This document shows, in pieces, positions 1 to 8,136 of a DNA stretch of 64,000 nucleotides. The notes under the pieces were generated by a model. The model made no database searches, was not told where the DNA came from, and saw only the letters and a program-made list of their open reading frames with translations. Origin of the DNA: a virus; the IMG/VR virus record IMGVR_UViG_3300021962_000032. One strand, 5' to 3'. The position numbers were made by a program, and so were the translations under genes. The first letter of the stretch is position 1. The number at the start of each line of letters is the position of its first letter.

Positions 1-33
1 TTTATACGTCACGTAGTCATCCTTTTGTATTAA

Positions 34-237
34 TTATTTATTTTTTAAAGATTTTACCCAATTCTTATAATCTTTAGGAACTTTACGAAAATCGACACTT
101 CCTTTCTTTTTGTTTCGGAATCCTAATAGAGGATCAAATCCGGCAGTTGGTCCTTGCGCTGGAGAAGATCCAGTAAATCCACCGCCTCCGACAACCATAT
201 TTTCCTTTATTATGGAAATCATTTTGTCTATCTTCAT
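34..237 (-). CDS. Small late protein carrying a copy of the gp23 N-arm motif (GPxAGFDP) and a basic C-terminus
   Basis: 67-aa ORF overlapping the upstream stop (ATGA); residues 16-38 match gp23 residues 73-95 at 14/23 identity. Confidence 0.75.
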   Translation of the reverse strand: MKIDKMISIIKENMVVGGGGFTGSSPAQGPTAGFDPLLGFRNKKKGSVDFRKVPKDYKNWVKSLKNK

Positions 238-614
238 GATTCTCCCAATCTAATTAGTTCTCCCATTATATTTTCATCTACAGGAATGTCATGAATATAG
301 CATCTTGGAGTTGGTGGCAATCTATTCATAAACACTATGAATGTTTTTATGCAACTCCAAAGTTCCTTTTCTGATTTAAAGAAAAACATTGGAGTTGCAG
401 CTTCTCCAAAAATATTATATAAAATTATAAAATGATTGATGAGTAGATTGCATCGTAATTCCCCAGTATTTTTATATCTTTTTAAGAGACGTTTAATATA
501 CTTGAAATGATTCAAATCTTTATAAAAATCCTCTTCAGTAACTGCTTGAGGGTTTTCATAATTTTTGATGGCAAAAATTAAAAAATTACTTTCATCTAAC
601 TCATCAAATAACAT
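234..614 (-). CDS. Conserved T4-like phage hypothetical protein
   Basis: 126 aa; 'FDELDESNFLIFAIKNYENPQ...DLNHFKYIKRLLKRY...LINHFIILYNIFG' is a family I recognise from T4-like cyanophages. Confidence 0.8.
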   Translation of the reverse strand: MLFDELDESNFLIFAIKNYENPQAVTEEDFYKDLNHFKYIKRLLKRYKNTGELRCNLLINHFIILYNIFGEAATPMFFFKSEKELWSCIKTFIVFMNRLPPTPRCYIHDIPVDENIMGELIRLGES

Positions 615-631
615 ATTATTATATTATACTA

Positions 632-1417
632 TTATACAAATGGATTTCCGTCATAAAGTGGAGCATTTCCGGTTTGAATTCCAGACATTGCTACTAATAC
701 TTCCTTTTTAACTCTCAATTCTCCATGGCAATCTACATAAGTCGTTACACCAACCCATCCAGCATGAGTTAACTCATACTTAGTTGCGTGTGCTGCGGTA
801 ACTCCAGCTCCAGCAACACCATAAACATCTCTACTATACCCACCAACATATCTCTTAAATGTAAGAGTTGCTCCTGTAGCAATGCCAACAGAAATTGTTG
901 ATGCAAGTCCGACATTTGTAGCACTAATGGAAGCAATACGAATATCATTTCCACCATTCAATAAAGTATCACCAACAACAATGTCTTTACCTGTTGTTAC
1001 CGTATAAACAGTGCTGTAACCAACAGGAGAGTTAGTTGTTGCAGTTCCAGTAACTCCAAAATTAGTTAAAGTTGGAGCAGAATCAAGAGCATTACTAAAA
1101 CTATAATCACCAACAGTATATTTTGGAAGTTCGCTGATTGTAAAGTTAGCTCCAGCAATAGCAGCACCACTCAATCCAGAAGTTGATGCAATAGAAATCT
1201 GTTGTGTTGAAGCAATAGATACGATTACAGCATCTCCAATATATGTACTATCACCTCTTCCAATTCTAATTACATCGCCAGTTTTTGCAGACCCAACTTG
1301 CCCAAAAAGAGTGCCCCATCCATTTACAACAACATTTCCATATACATCTGTTGTAACATAGTCGCAGGTTACAATACCTGCTGATGATACATTGTCATTA
1401 TTTCCCCAGAGTGCCAT
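632..1417 (-). CDS. Virion structural protein (MALWG family)
   Basis: 261 aa; MALWG N-terminus, C-terminal 'HAGWVG...RVKKEVLVAMS', G/T/S-rich beta composition; late promoter upstream. Confidence 0.7.
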   Translation of the reverse strand: MALWGNNDNVSSAGIVTCDYVTTDVYGNVVVNGWGTLFGQVGSAKTGDVIRIGRGDSTYIGDAVIVSIASTQQISIASTSGLSGAAIAGANFTISELPKYTVGDYSFSNALDSAPTLTNFGVTGTATTNSPVGYSTVYTVTTGKDIVVGDTLLNGGNDIRIASISATNVGLASTISVGIATGATLTFKRYVGGYSRDVYGVAGAGVTAAHATKYELTHAGWVGVTTYVDCHGELRVKKEVLVAMSGIQTGNAPLYDGNPFV

Positions 1418-1451
1418 GTTTCTTCTTCCGTAATTTTAGGATCTATAGAGA

Positions 1452-1459
1452 TATTTATA
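1452..1459 (-). promoter_or_regulatory. T4-type late promoter TATAAATA
   Basis: Exact consensus about 35 nt upstream of the ATG at 1417. Confidence 0.8.
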
Positions 1460-1489
1460 AAAAATGGGGAGTTCAATTATCTCCCCATT
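1459..1489 (-). terminator. Rho-independent terminator
   Basis: AATGGGGAG-N9-CTCCCCATT followed by a T-run on the minus strand. Confidence 0.75.
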
Positions 1490-1516
1490 AAATTATTTTT
1501 CTGTATTTATTTATTA

Positions 1517-1708
1517 TCAGTCGTTTGCTGTTGGATCGACAGCATCTTTTGTTTTGAGAAAATCTTGACCTTTCAACAATAAGAATGAAAGAATTCCATT
1601 TGCTTTTATAGCTGGAATAGCACCAAGAAATTCCGAGAGAATCAGAAGAATTGTTGCTACGGCAGCTTCATTTGCCATTACCCAAGCCCAGATTGCAGCT
1701 ACTGACAT
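1517..1708 (-). CDS. Small membrane protein (possibly holin-like)
   Basis: 63 aa, hydrophobic segments, strong SD (AGGAGG), own late promoter. Confidence 0.6.
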   Translation of the reverse strand: MSVAAIWAWVMANEAAVATILLILSEFLGAIPAIKANGILSFLLLKGQDFLKTKDAVDPTAND

Positions 1709-1746
1709 AATTTACCTCCTAAGATTTAAGTCATTACAACCAACTA

Positions 1747-1754
1747 TATTTATA
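1747..1754 (-). promoter_or_regulatory. T4-type late promoter TATAAATA
   Basis: Exact consensus upstream of ORF 1517..1708. Confidence 0.8.
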
Positions 1755-1760
1755 AATTAA

Positions 1761-4532
1761 TTATCTTAAACGAGGGTTTCTTTCTCTAGCACTTAAAGAT
1801 GGATGATCATCTAAACGACTTCTTCTTGGTGGATTTTCATCATCATACTCATCTTTCGATCTCGTTGCACCCTTATGAAGTCCAGTATCTCCGGGTGCTT
1901 TTTGTCTTTCCAAAGTAGCATCTTTTCTCAGTAGTTGAGCACTACCAAGATCACTTGCCTGAACTTCTTTTTTGGATCTGGTGCGGGTCAAACCTCCCCT
2001 TTGTGCCTCTCTTTTTTCAATTGCTCTTGCTGCCCATCCAAGTTTTGTTTCATCAATAGAATCACCTTCCATTTCGTAAGAAGATGTATCAAGTGGCAAT
2101 TTACCTTGCTTTACAAGATTCAATTCTAAATTTTGAGTTTGAGTTTTTTTGTTAACTAATTTTTTTTTTAATTCTGCTTGCTTTTTGGCAACAGGATCAA
2201 CTTCTTCATTTTTTGCCTTCCAGGCAGTGGCATATGCAATGGATTTTTCTTTATCACTCAAACCACCTTTTTTAGCATAGTTTTTTTTAATATGCTTTAC
2301 CATTCTTTCAAACTTTGCTCCTGGAGGTGCTTTTTCCTCAAGATCAACTTCTTCAGATTTCACACACTTATCTTTTCCATTTTTAGTTCCAGCATACTTA
2401 TATCCTTTCCAACAAGCTTTACCATCAGCACCTTGCTCTTTACCCTCTTTATTCTTTGCTTCATTGAGGAACATTTCCTCTACCATAAAGTTTGATTCAA
2501 ATACTAAGAAAGCAACATTTTCATCAAGATTAACTTCTTCAAGTAGTGCTTCCATCCACTCTTCAAATTCTTCTCTCTTATATGCTCTTGGACTTGATGC
2601 AGCACTTCCTCCCTTTGCCCATGCTTTATCAGTTTCTGGATTTCCAGACCATGGATCTCTTTCTGGAGTGTTTGGTTTTTTAATTGGAGTAGATGGTTTC
2701 TTTCTTTGTGGAGTATAAGGTGAATCTCCCGACTTCCCACTTGCCATTGCAGCACGATGGGCATCCATTCTCTGCTTAGCAAGTTGCTGTCTTTCAGATG
2801 GTTTTGGAGTAAGAAGTCCTCTCAAGGCACTTCCAATTCCTTCATCAAGATCTTCTGGAAGGTATGTGTCAATTAAATACCCCTCAGGATATTCGGATAC
2901 ATCATAACCTTCAGAAATTAATTCATTAATCCAAAGATCATAATCTTCTCTCATTTTCTTAATAAATGTTCCTGCAGCACGACCTGCCGCAGCAGCATTA
3001 CTCTTTCCAGCAACTTTAGAACCAATTCCTGCTCCCGCTGCTGCTACAGTTGCTTTAGCAGTTTTAGCAATTCCTGCCTTTACTTTTTGTCCAGCTTCAC
3101 TCTTACCAAACTCCTGACCAGCACGATGAACTGCTTTTGCAGCACCCACAGCAGCACCAGCGGCAGTTCCAGCAGCTCTTGCCACTCTTCTTTCATGCTC
3201 CTTCCCAACTTCCCTTGCAGTTTGCCATGACTGCTTCAGATGTCCAATAATACCCTTCTTAACTTCTTTCTTAGTTCCTTCTGAGGACTTATTGGATGCT
3301 GGTGCTTGTGATGATTTTGCGTTTTCAATACTCTTTTCAGTTTTTGCTTTTTTCAATCCAGAAGAAACCTTTGCTTTCTCAGATTGACTCTTAAGTGCTG
3401 CAGTCATTCCAGATGGTTTTGCAGCAGATGCAGATGATTCTGCTTCTCTTCTTTTTTCCTTTTCACCACGAAGACGCTTAATTGCTGCAGTTTTTGCACC
3501 ACCTTTTAATGATCCAACATCCTTTCCAGATTTTGTAGTTGGTTCAATACGTCCACTTCTTCTTGCTTCATCAAGATCAAGAATATAATCAACAAACTCA
3601 TCTACACCAATATCTTCGATGAGAATATTGATTCCATTTTCATTCAAACCTTCAGCATAAAAATATTCTGTTGCAAAATCAGCAACTTCTTCAATATAAT
3701 TTTCACCAAGATCTACAGATTCTACAAGTTCTCCACCAAGAGCATATGCAACTTCTTCCGAGTTTATTTCTGGATTTACATTTACTTTTTTATCTTTATA
3801 ATTATCAACTGATTTTTCTTTTATTTCTTTTTGCTGAATATCATTAATTTTTTCAACTACTTCACGAATTTCTTCTCTCCATGAAGAGAACGATTCTTTT
3901 TTAGTTCCTTTTTTAGACATTGCTTTTTTAACAGCATTGTCTTTTACTCCAGCATACTCATGACCATCTGGCTCTACAGTGCCATCCCTATCCTTATCAC
4001 CTACAGTATTTTTACCAGTTGCTGGACCATATTTTTTTTCATACTTTTCACCAGCACCGTCATAAGGACTTCCATGCTTAGTTACAGTAGTCACAATCCC
4101 CTTGTTCTGCAAACTATGTCTCTTTTTACGATCTTTTTCACTTGAAGGATCAAACTTCTTAACGTATGGCTTTTCTCCAGTTTTTCTACTTCTTGGATCA
4201 ACTCTCAAATAATGCTTTCCTGCGTCTGCTTCTTCTTTTACAGGTCCACCAGAAGCACCAAGACCCAGTTTCTCTCTGACTGCTGCCTTCTCATTAGCAG
4301 GCATCGAAGTATGAGACATGTACTGAGAATATGCCTGATCTACACCAATTTCTTCTCTTCTTGCACGATATCTAATATCATAAACAGCCTGCCTAATTCT
4401 CTTGGCAGATTGATCACCCAATGCCGGTGCTCCACCTTTTGCTTCACCACCACCATCTTCTTTTTTTCCTAATTGAGGTTCCATCTCGGTGAGATAGGAC
4501 TCATAAAGATCTTGTGCGATATGGGATAACAT
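1761..4532 (-). CDS. Large modular virion or internal head protein (alternating basic modules and acidic linkers)
   Basis: 923 aa; motifs RIRQAVYDIRYRARRE, ESFSSWRE, CWKGY, IAYATAWK; many [ILV]-x-E linkers; late promoter upstream. Confidence 0.65.
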   Translation of the reverse strand: MLSHIAQDLYESYLTEMEPQLGKKEDGGGEAKGGAPALGDQSAKRIRQAVYDIRYRARREEIGVDQAYSQYMSHTSMPANEKAAVREKLGLGASGGPVKEEADAGKHYLRVDPRSRKTGEKPYVKKFDPSSEKDRKKRHSLQNKGIVTTVTKHGSPYDGAGEKYEKKYGPATGKNTVGDKDRDGTVEPDGHEYAGVKDNAVKKAMSKKGTKKESFSSWREEIREVVEKINDIQQKEIKEKSVDNYKDKKVNVNPEINSEEVAYALGGELVESVDLGENYIEEVADFATEYFYAEGLNENGINILIEDIGVDEFVDYILDLDEARRSGRIEPTTKSGKDVGSLKGGAKTAAIKRLRGEKEKRREAESSASAAKPSGMTAALKSQSEKAKVSSGLKKAKTEKSIENAKSSQAPASNKSSEGTKKEVKKGIIGHLKQSWQTAREVGKEHERRVARAAGTAAGAAVGAAKAVHRAGQEFGKSEAGQKVKAGIAKTAKATVAAAGAGIGSKVAGKSNAAAAGRAAGTFIKKMREDYDLWINELISEGYDVSEYPEGYLIDTYLPEDLDEGIGSALRGLLTPKPSERQQLAKQRMDAHRAAMASGKSGDSPYTPQRKKPSTPIKKPNTPERDPWSGNPETDKAWAKGGSAASSPRAYKREEFEEWMEALLEEVNLDENVAFLVFESNFMVEEMFLNEAKNKEGKEQGADGKACWKGYKYAGTKNGKDKCVKSEEVDLEEKAPPGAKFERMVKHIKKNYAKKGGLSDKEKSIAYATAWKAKNEEVDPVAKKQAELKKKLVNKKTQTQNLELNLVKQGKLPLDTSSYEMEGDSIDETKLGWAARAIEKREAQRGGLTRTRSKKEVQASDLGSAQLLRKDATLERQKAPGDTGLHKGATRSKDEYDDENPPRRSRLDDHPSLSARERNPRLR

Positions 4533-4560
4533 GTTATTTTTTAATTATTTTCCTTGTATT

Positions 4561-4568
4561 TATTTATA
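4561..4568 (-). promoter_or_regulatory. T4-type late promoter TATAAATA
   Basis: Exact consensus upstream of the ATG at 4532. Confidence 0.8.
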
Positions 4569-4579
4569 AAATATTCAAA

Positions 4580-6130
4580 TTAATCTTCAATGAACGTAAT
4601 TCCAGAATCTACTCTGGTCAATTGAGAAGAAGAACTAATTGCCATTGCAAGTCGTACAGTTGGTGGTAATGCGATTCTTAAATCAGAAATATCAATAGTA
4701 ATTGGAGATCCAGAAGTTACACTAAACACAGCAATTGGTGTTCCCGTAAGTGTAGTATCCGTAACTGCATAAGATGACGCATTCCCAACTGACAGAAAAC
4801 TGGGAGTTGCTCCATTATAAGTTGGATTTATGTACAAATAAACTAAGCAAGGAGCAGATCCAGAAGAAACTGCACCACAAGTAATTTTTTTAGGTATAAT
4901 TTCTCTTGAATTGATCTTATTACTTGCTGCAAGATTTCCCTTAATTGTGAGCAGATGTGTAATAGTATTTGCAGATATATTTGTAGTTCTTGAACTATAT
5001 ACAGCAACTGGATAATCAATTGGTGAAATAAGTCCTTCAATAGCACCCAACATTGATGCTCCGCAAATAGTCACCCCTGCGCCAACATTTCCATTCAATT
5101 CAGCAGCAACATATCCAAGTTTTAATGATGGATTATCCAAATGAACATTATCATTTTGATTACTATAATGTTCATGGTGAATAAAAATCATATCTCCGTT
5201 AATTGGATTTTCCATAGCATAACGTATTTCACCAGCGCCCAACCAACGAAAATTAATTTGAAATACATTTAATTTTTGTGGATTGAGAGTAACTAAGGAT
5301 GGATTAGTAGTTCCGCCAACACCAGTCAAAGTATCAAGATTCCAATCTTCCTGATAAGTCCAATTTTCAGTTTGTATAACACCAACTTGAGCCGTTGATC
5401 CAGTTGATACAAGAGTCCCAGAACTTGTGATTGAAAATGATCCCGTTTTTGGTCCCAAACTATTGGCAAGAAATGTAATTATATTGTCTCTATAATCTGC
5501 TGTCCACCCAGAAAATGTACGGGATCCGATAGCAGCAGCATTTTCGGCAGTTGTCCCAGCACCAATACTAAAAGTAGTTGATAATCCAGCAAGAGTAACT
5601 GTTATTGTTTCAGTTCCACTCGATGCAGTATTAACAGTAAATTTATGAATGTGTGCCTTTCCACCATTTGCACGAAGGATTCCAAACTTTCCATTTGTAT
5701 TATACCCAACTTGAAGTGCCTGTTCTTGAGTAAAGAACCCTGCTCTTTGTGTATAACCAGTTCTTCCTTCATCAAATTTTGCGGTAAATCTTGCAAGAGC
5801 ACCTTGACCTGGACGATATCTTACAGATCTTTTAGAACGAACAACTCCATATCCATAAGCACCAGTTCCTGTTGATGCTTGAATTAAAATATTAGATGTG
5901 GTAATTCCAGTTCCAAAAGAATACGTTTCAATCTTATTTGGATCCAATCCATAAAGACCATCCAATTGAACAACTGGAGTTGGTGTAACCGTAAGTACTT
6001 CACCAAAAGCACTTCTAGAAGATGCACCATCATTTAAAATATTTCCGTATTGATCTGCACGAATATAAACCTCATGGATAGTCCTCTCTTGATTGAGGTA
6101 ATCCTGATTATTCTTATGCCACTGTGCCAT
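4580..6130 (-). CDS. Virion structural protein, beta-rich (lectin-like fold possible)
   Basis: 516 aa; 'MAQW...AFGE...YRPGQG...INFRWLGAGEIR' pattern, T/S/G-rich. Confidence 0.6.
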   Translation of the reverse strand: MAQWHKNNQDYLNQERTIHEVYIRADQYGNILNDGASSRSAFGEVLTVTPTPVVQLDGLYGLDPNKIETYSFGTGITTSNILIQASTGTGAYGYGVVRSKRSVRYRPGQGALARFTAKFDEGRTGYTQRAGFFTQEQALQVGYNTNGKFGILRANGGKAHIHKFTVNTASSGTETITVTLAGLSTTFSIGAGTTAENAAAIGSRTFSGWTADYRDNIITFLANSLGPKTGSFSITSSGTLVSTGSTAQVGVIQTENWTYQEDWNLDTLTGVGGTTNPSLVTLNPQKLNVFQINFRWLGAGEIRYAMENPINGDMIFIHHEHYSNQNDNVHLDNPSLKLGYVAAELNGNVGAGVTICGASMLGAIEGLISPIDYPVAVYSSRTTNISANTITHLLTIKGNLAASNKINSREIIPKKITCGAVSSGSAPCLVYLYINPTYNGATPSFLSVGNASSYAVTDTTLTGTPIAVFSVTSGSPITIDISDLRIALPPTVRLAMAISSSSQLTRVDSGITFIED

Positions 6131-6133
6131 AAC

Positions 6134-6451
6134 TTATAACCACTCTAATTTTCCTGGATGATATCTCTTGGTACTTGAAATGTTTACGTCTGTTTTTTGA
6201 ATTGCTGGATAAATCTGATGAACAATTGCTCCAGGATATTCGGTCTGTAATCTTTCTGCCAAATCCAATTTAGATGGCATTCCATTTGACACCAACTCTA
6301 ATCTATAAATGCTTCCTTCCCAAACAAAGTCAGCAACGTATTCTTCACCAACAGATCTTGTTTCAGGTTCAGAATTGTTGATATAGAGATTTCCATTAAA
6401 ATCTCCAGCAATATTTACAGCTTCAGAAATAAATTGCTGATAGGATTTCAT
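6134..6451 (-). CDS. Putative internal head protein with a T4-like capsid-targeting sequence
   Basis: N-terminus MKSYQQFISE resembles the T4 internal-protein leader MKTYQEFIAE; ATAAATA at 6480-6486 upstream. Confidence 0.65.
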   Translation of the reverse strand: MKSYQQFISEAVNIAGDFNGNLYINNSEPETRSVGEEYVADFVWEGSIYRLELVSNGMPSKLDLAERLQTEYPGAIVHQIYPAIQKTDVNISSTKRYHPGKLEWL

Positions 6452-7038
6452 TTGTTATCTGCCTTCTTTGCTTTGTACTTATTTATGAAATTTCTAATAT
6501 TCTTTACACCAACCAATCCCATTACATATTCTCTATATAAATCCGTTCCAACTAATCTTTGATCTGCAGGAACACCAGAAACTTTAGTCCACTCTACAAC
6601 ATCATGAATCCAAGGTTTGAACATTCGATCATCTTCCGTGACGCAAATTAAATAATTTGTACCTCTACGAATAATTTTTCCAATCATTCCATTTGATGTA
6701 CTTTCAATCCAATCACCTTCCAAAAATATTTCCTTTGCAATATATCTTTCTCTTATTTCTTTAATATAGGATTCAGTTTTAAGAGGATTATTTGGTTTAT
6801 GGTCAGAAGCAACATCATTAGGATTACGAGTTCCTCGTACTTGTTTTGGATCCTTCTTTCCTAATTGCTGCCCCTGATTATAAAACTTTAAATTTCCACC
6901 GTTTGTTTTTGCTACAAATTCTCCAGATTTTTTTCCATACCACCCACCATGTCCATCACCTACTAAATCCAATCGCTTTGCGTGGAATTTTGCAAGTGAG
7001 AACTTTGCTTCTGTTTGAAAATTAGAGAATTTTTTCAT
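6448..7038 (-). CDS. Homolog of the cyanophage 'cytidylyltransferase' virion protein, lacking the central catalytic domain
   Basis: N-terminal MKKFSNFQTE / GDGHGGWY..GEFVAKT and C-terminal GKIIRRGTNYLICVTED..MFKPWI are present; no HxGH nucleotidyltransferase motif; only 196 aa. Confidence 0.55.
   Translation of the reverse strand: MKKFSNFQTEAKFSLAKFHAKRLDLVGDGHGGWYGKKSGEFVAKTNGGNLKFYNQGQQLGKKDPKQVRGTRNPNDVASDHKPNNPLKTESYIKEIRERYIAKEIFLEGDWIESTSNGMIGKIIRRGTNYLICVTEDDRMFKPWIHDVVEWTKVSGVPADQRLVGTDLYREYVMGLVGVKNIRNFINKYKAKKADNK
6480..6486 (-). promoter_or_regulatory. Late promoter ATAAATA inside the 3' end of the upstream gene
   Basis: Motif about 30 nt upstream of the ATG at 6451. Confidence 0.55.
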
Positions 7039-7566
7039 TTATACTTTTAACAATAACTTAGTGTTTATGGACAAAACAATATCTAATTCATCCCTATCTA
7101 TTTTATAGAAATTACTTAGGACTCTGCCATCCTTTCCATTGTATTGTCGTATCATTCCAAGATGATGATTATAACCAAAAAATCTTCCTTTTTCTAATCT
7201 TGTAATTGTAGAAACAGGATGCATATCATAAATTAAATTTGGTGTCTTTGCAACATATATGAAAGTAAACGTGTCTCCAGGTTGAGGATAACCATACTTC
7301 CTATCATCCAAAATATCAATCAATTTATACATGTTATTTTGTGGTGTTTCTAAAGAAGAGTTTTTTTGAAGTTCTATCAACCTTTCCATAATATTGGAAG
7401 GTTGAGGATTATCTTCTTCAGAATCTATTTCACCAATAAATTCATTTATGCTTTTTTCAATATCCGTCGTTCTTGTATCACCTATATCATAAGAATCATC
7501 AGATTCATCAAACCAAGGATCTTCAATTATTTGTGAATCGAACCAAGGATCTTGGAAAATTGGCAT
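7039..7566 (-). CDS. Hypothetical protein, gp2 (DNA end protector)-related C-terminal domain with an acidic N-terminal extension
   Basis: 'GDTFTFIYVAKTP..YDMHP...FFGYNHH..IRQY' motif. Confidence 0.45.
   Translation of the reverse strand: MPIFQDPWFDSQIIEDPWFDESDDSYDIGDTRTTDIEKSINEFIGEIDSEEDNPQPSNIMERLIELQKNSSLETPQNNMYKLIDILDDRKYGYPQPGDTFTFIYVAKTPNLIYDMHPVSTITRLEKGRFFGYNHHLGMIRQYNGKDGRVLSNFYKIDRDELDIVLSINTKLLLKV
7511..7553. repeat. 13-bp direct repeat at 30-nt spacing, encoding DPWFD twice
   Basis: aaccaaggatctt at 7511 and 7541. Confidence 0.85.
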
Positions 7567-7601
7567 AAAACAAAAACCCTTTCTATTATTTAGAAAGGGT
7601 T
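7567..7601 (-). terminator. Terminator hairpin after mazG with a late promoter (CTAAATA, 7587-7593) embedded in it
   Basis: AACCCTTTCTA-AATAA-TAGAAAGGGTT followed by TTTGTTTT. Confidence 0.7.
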
Positions 7602-7618
7602 AAATGTGAATATATTAT

Positions 7619-8134
7619 TTATAGATCACCTTCTTTGCGATTTTCGGAGTAATGAACATCAAACTCACCGCCAGGATAACGTGCTTTGAGTTTATCAACA
7701 TTCATTTCCATAAGTTCATCAAAGTTAGTGTCGAGTGCCATACATGCTTGAGCAACATACCAAAGAATATCACCAAGTTCACGTTTCAGATGAAACACAT
7801 TATCTCCACTGTATGGCTTTCCTTGGAAAACCATCTTCTTAACAACCTCAGTGAACTCTCCTGCTTCAGCACTCATACCAAGAGAAGCAGTGAGTAGCTT
7901 TGGAACATTTGCATCTTGGACTTCAAGTTCAGTAAGTCGTTTAAGAAGAGTCGCAAAGTCAGTGCTTTCTGCGCTTGTTACAGCATCAACAAATTCAATA
8001 TATCGTTTTTGATCTACTTTTTGCTCAGTCATGGTAAATTTTACGGATTGATCTGATTGTACTTCTTTTGTGATCGTGATATTGGGTTCTGATGGTCGGC
8101 CACCTTGATTAAGTGCTTGTACATTCATTGGCAT
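7619..8134 (-). CDS. mazG: MazG-like nucleoside triphosphate pyrophosphohydrolase
   Basis: 'GMSAEAGEFTEVVKK...KRELGDILWYVAQAC...NVDKLKARYP'. Confidence 0.93.
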   Translation of the reverse strand: MPMNVQALNQGGRPSEPNITITKEVQSDQSVKFTMTEQKVDQKRYIEFVDAVTSAESTDFATLLKRLTELEVQDANVPKLLTASLGMSAEAGEFTEVVKKMVFQGKPYSGDNVFHLKRELGDILWYVAQACMALDTNFDELMEMNVDKLKARYPGGEFDVHYSENRKEGDL

Positions 8135-8136
8135 AG

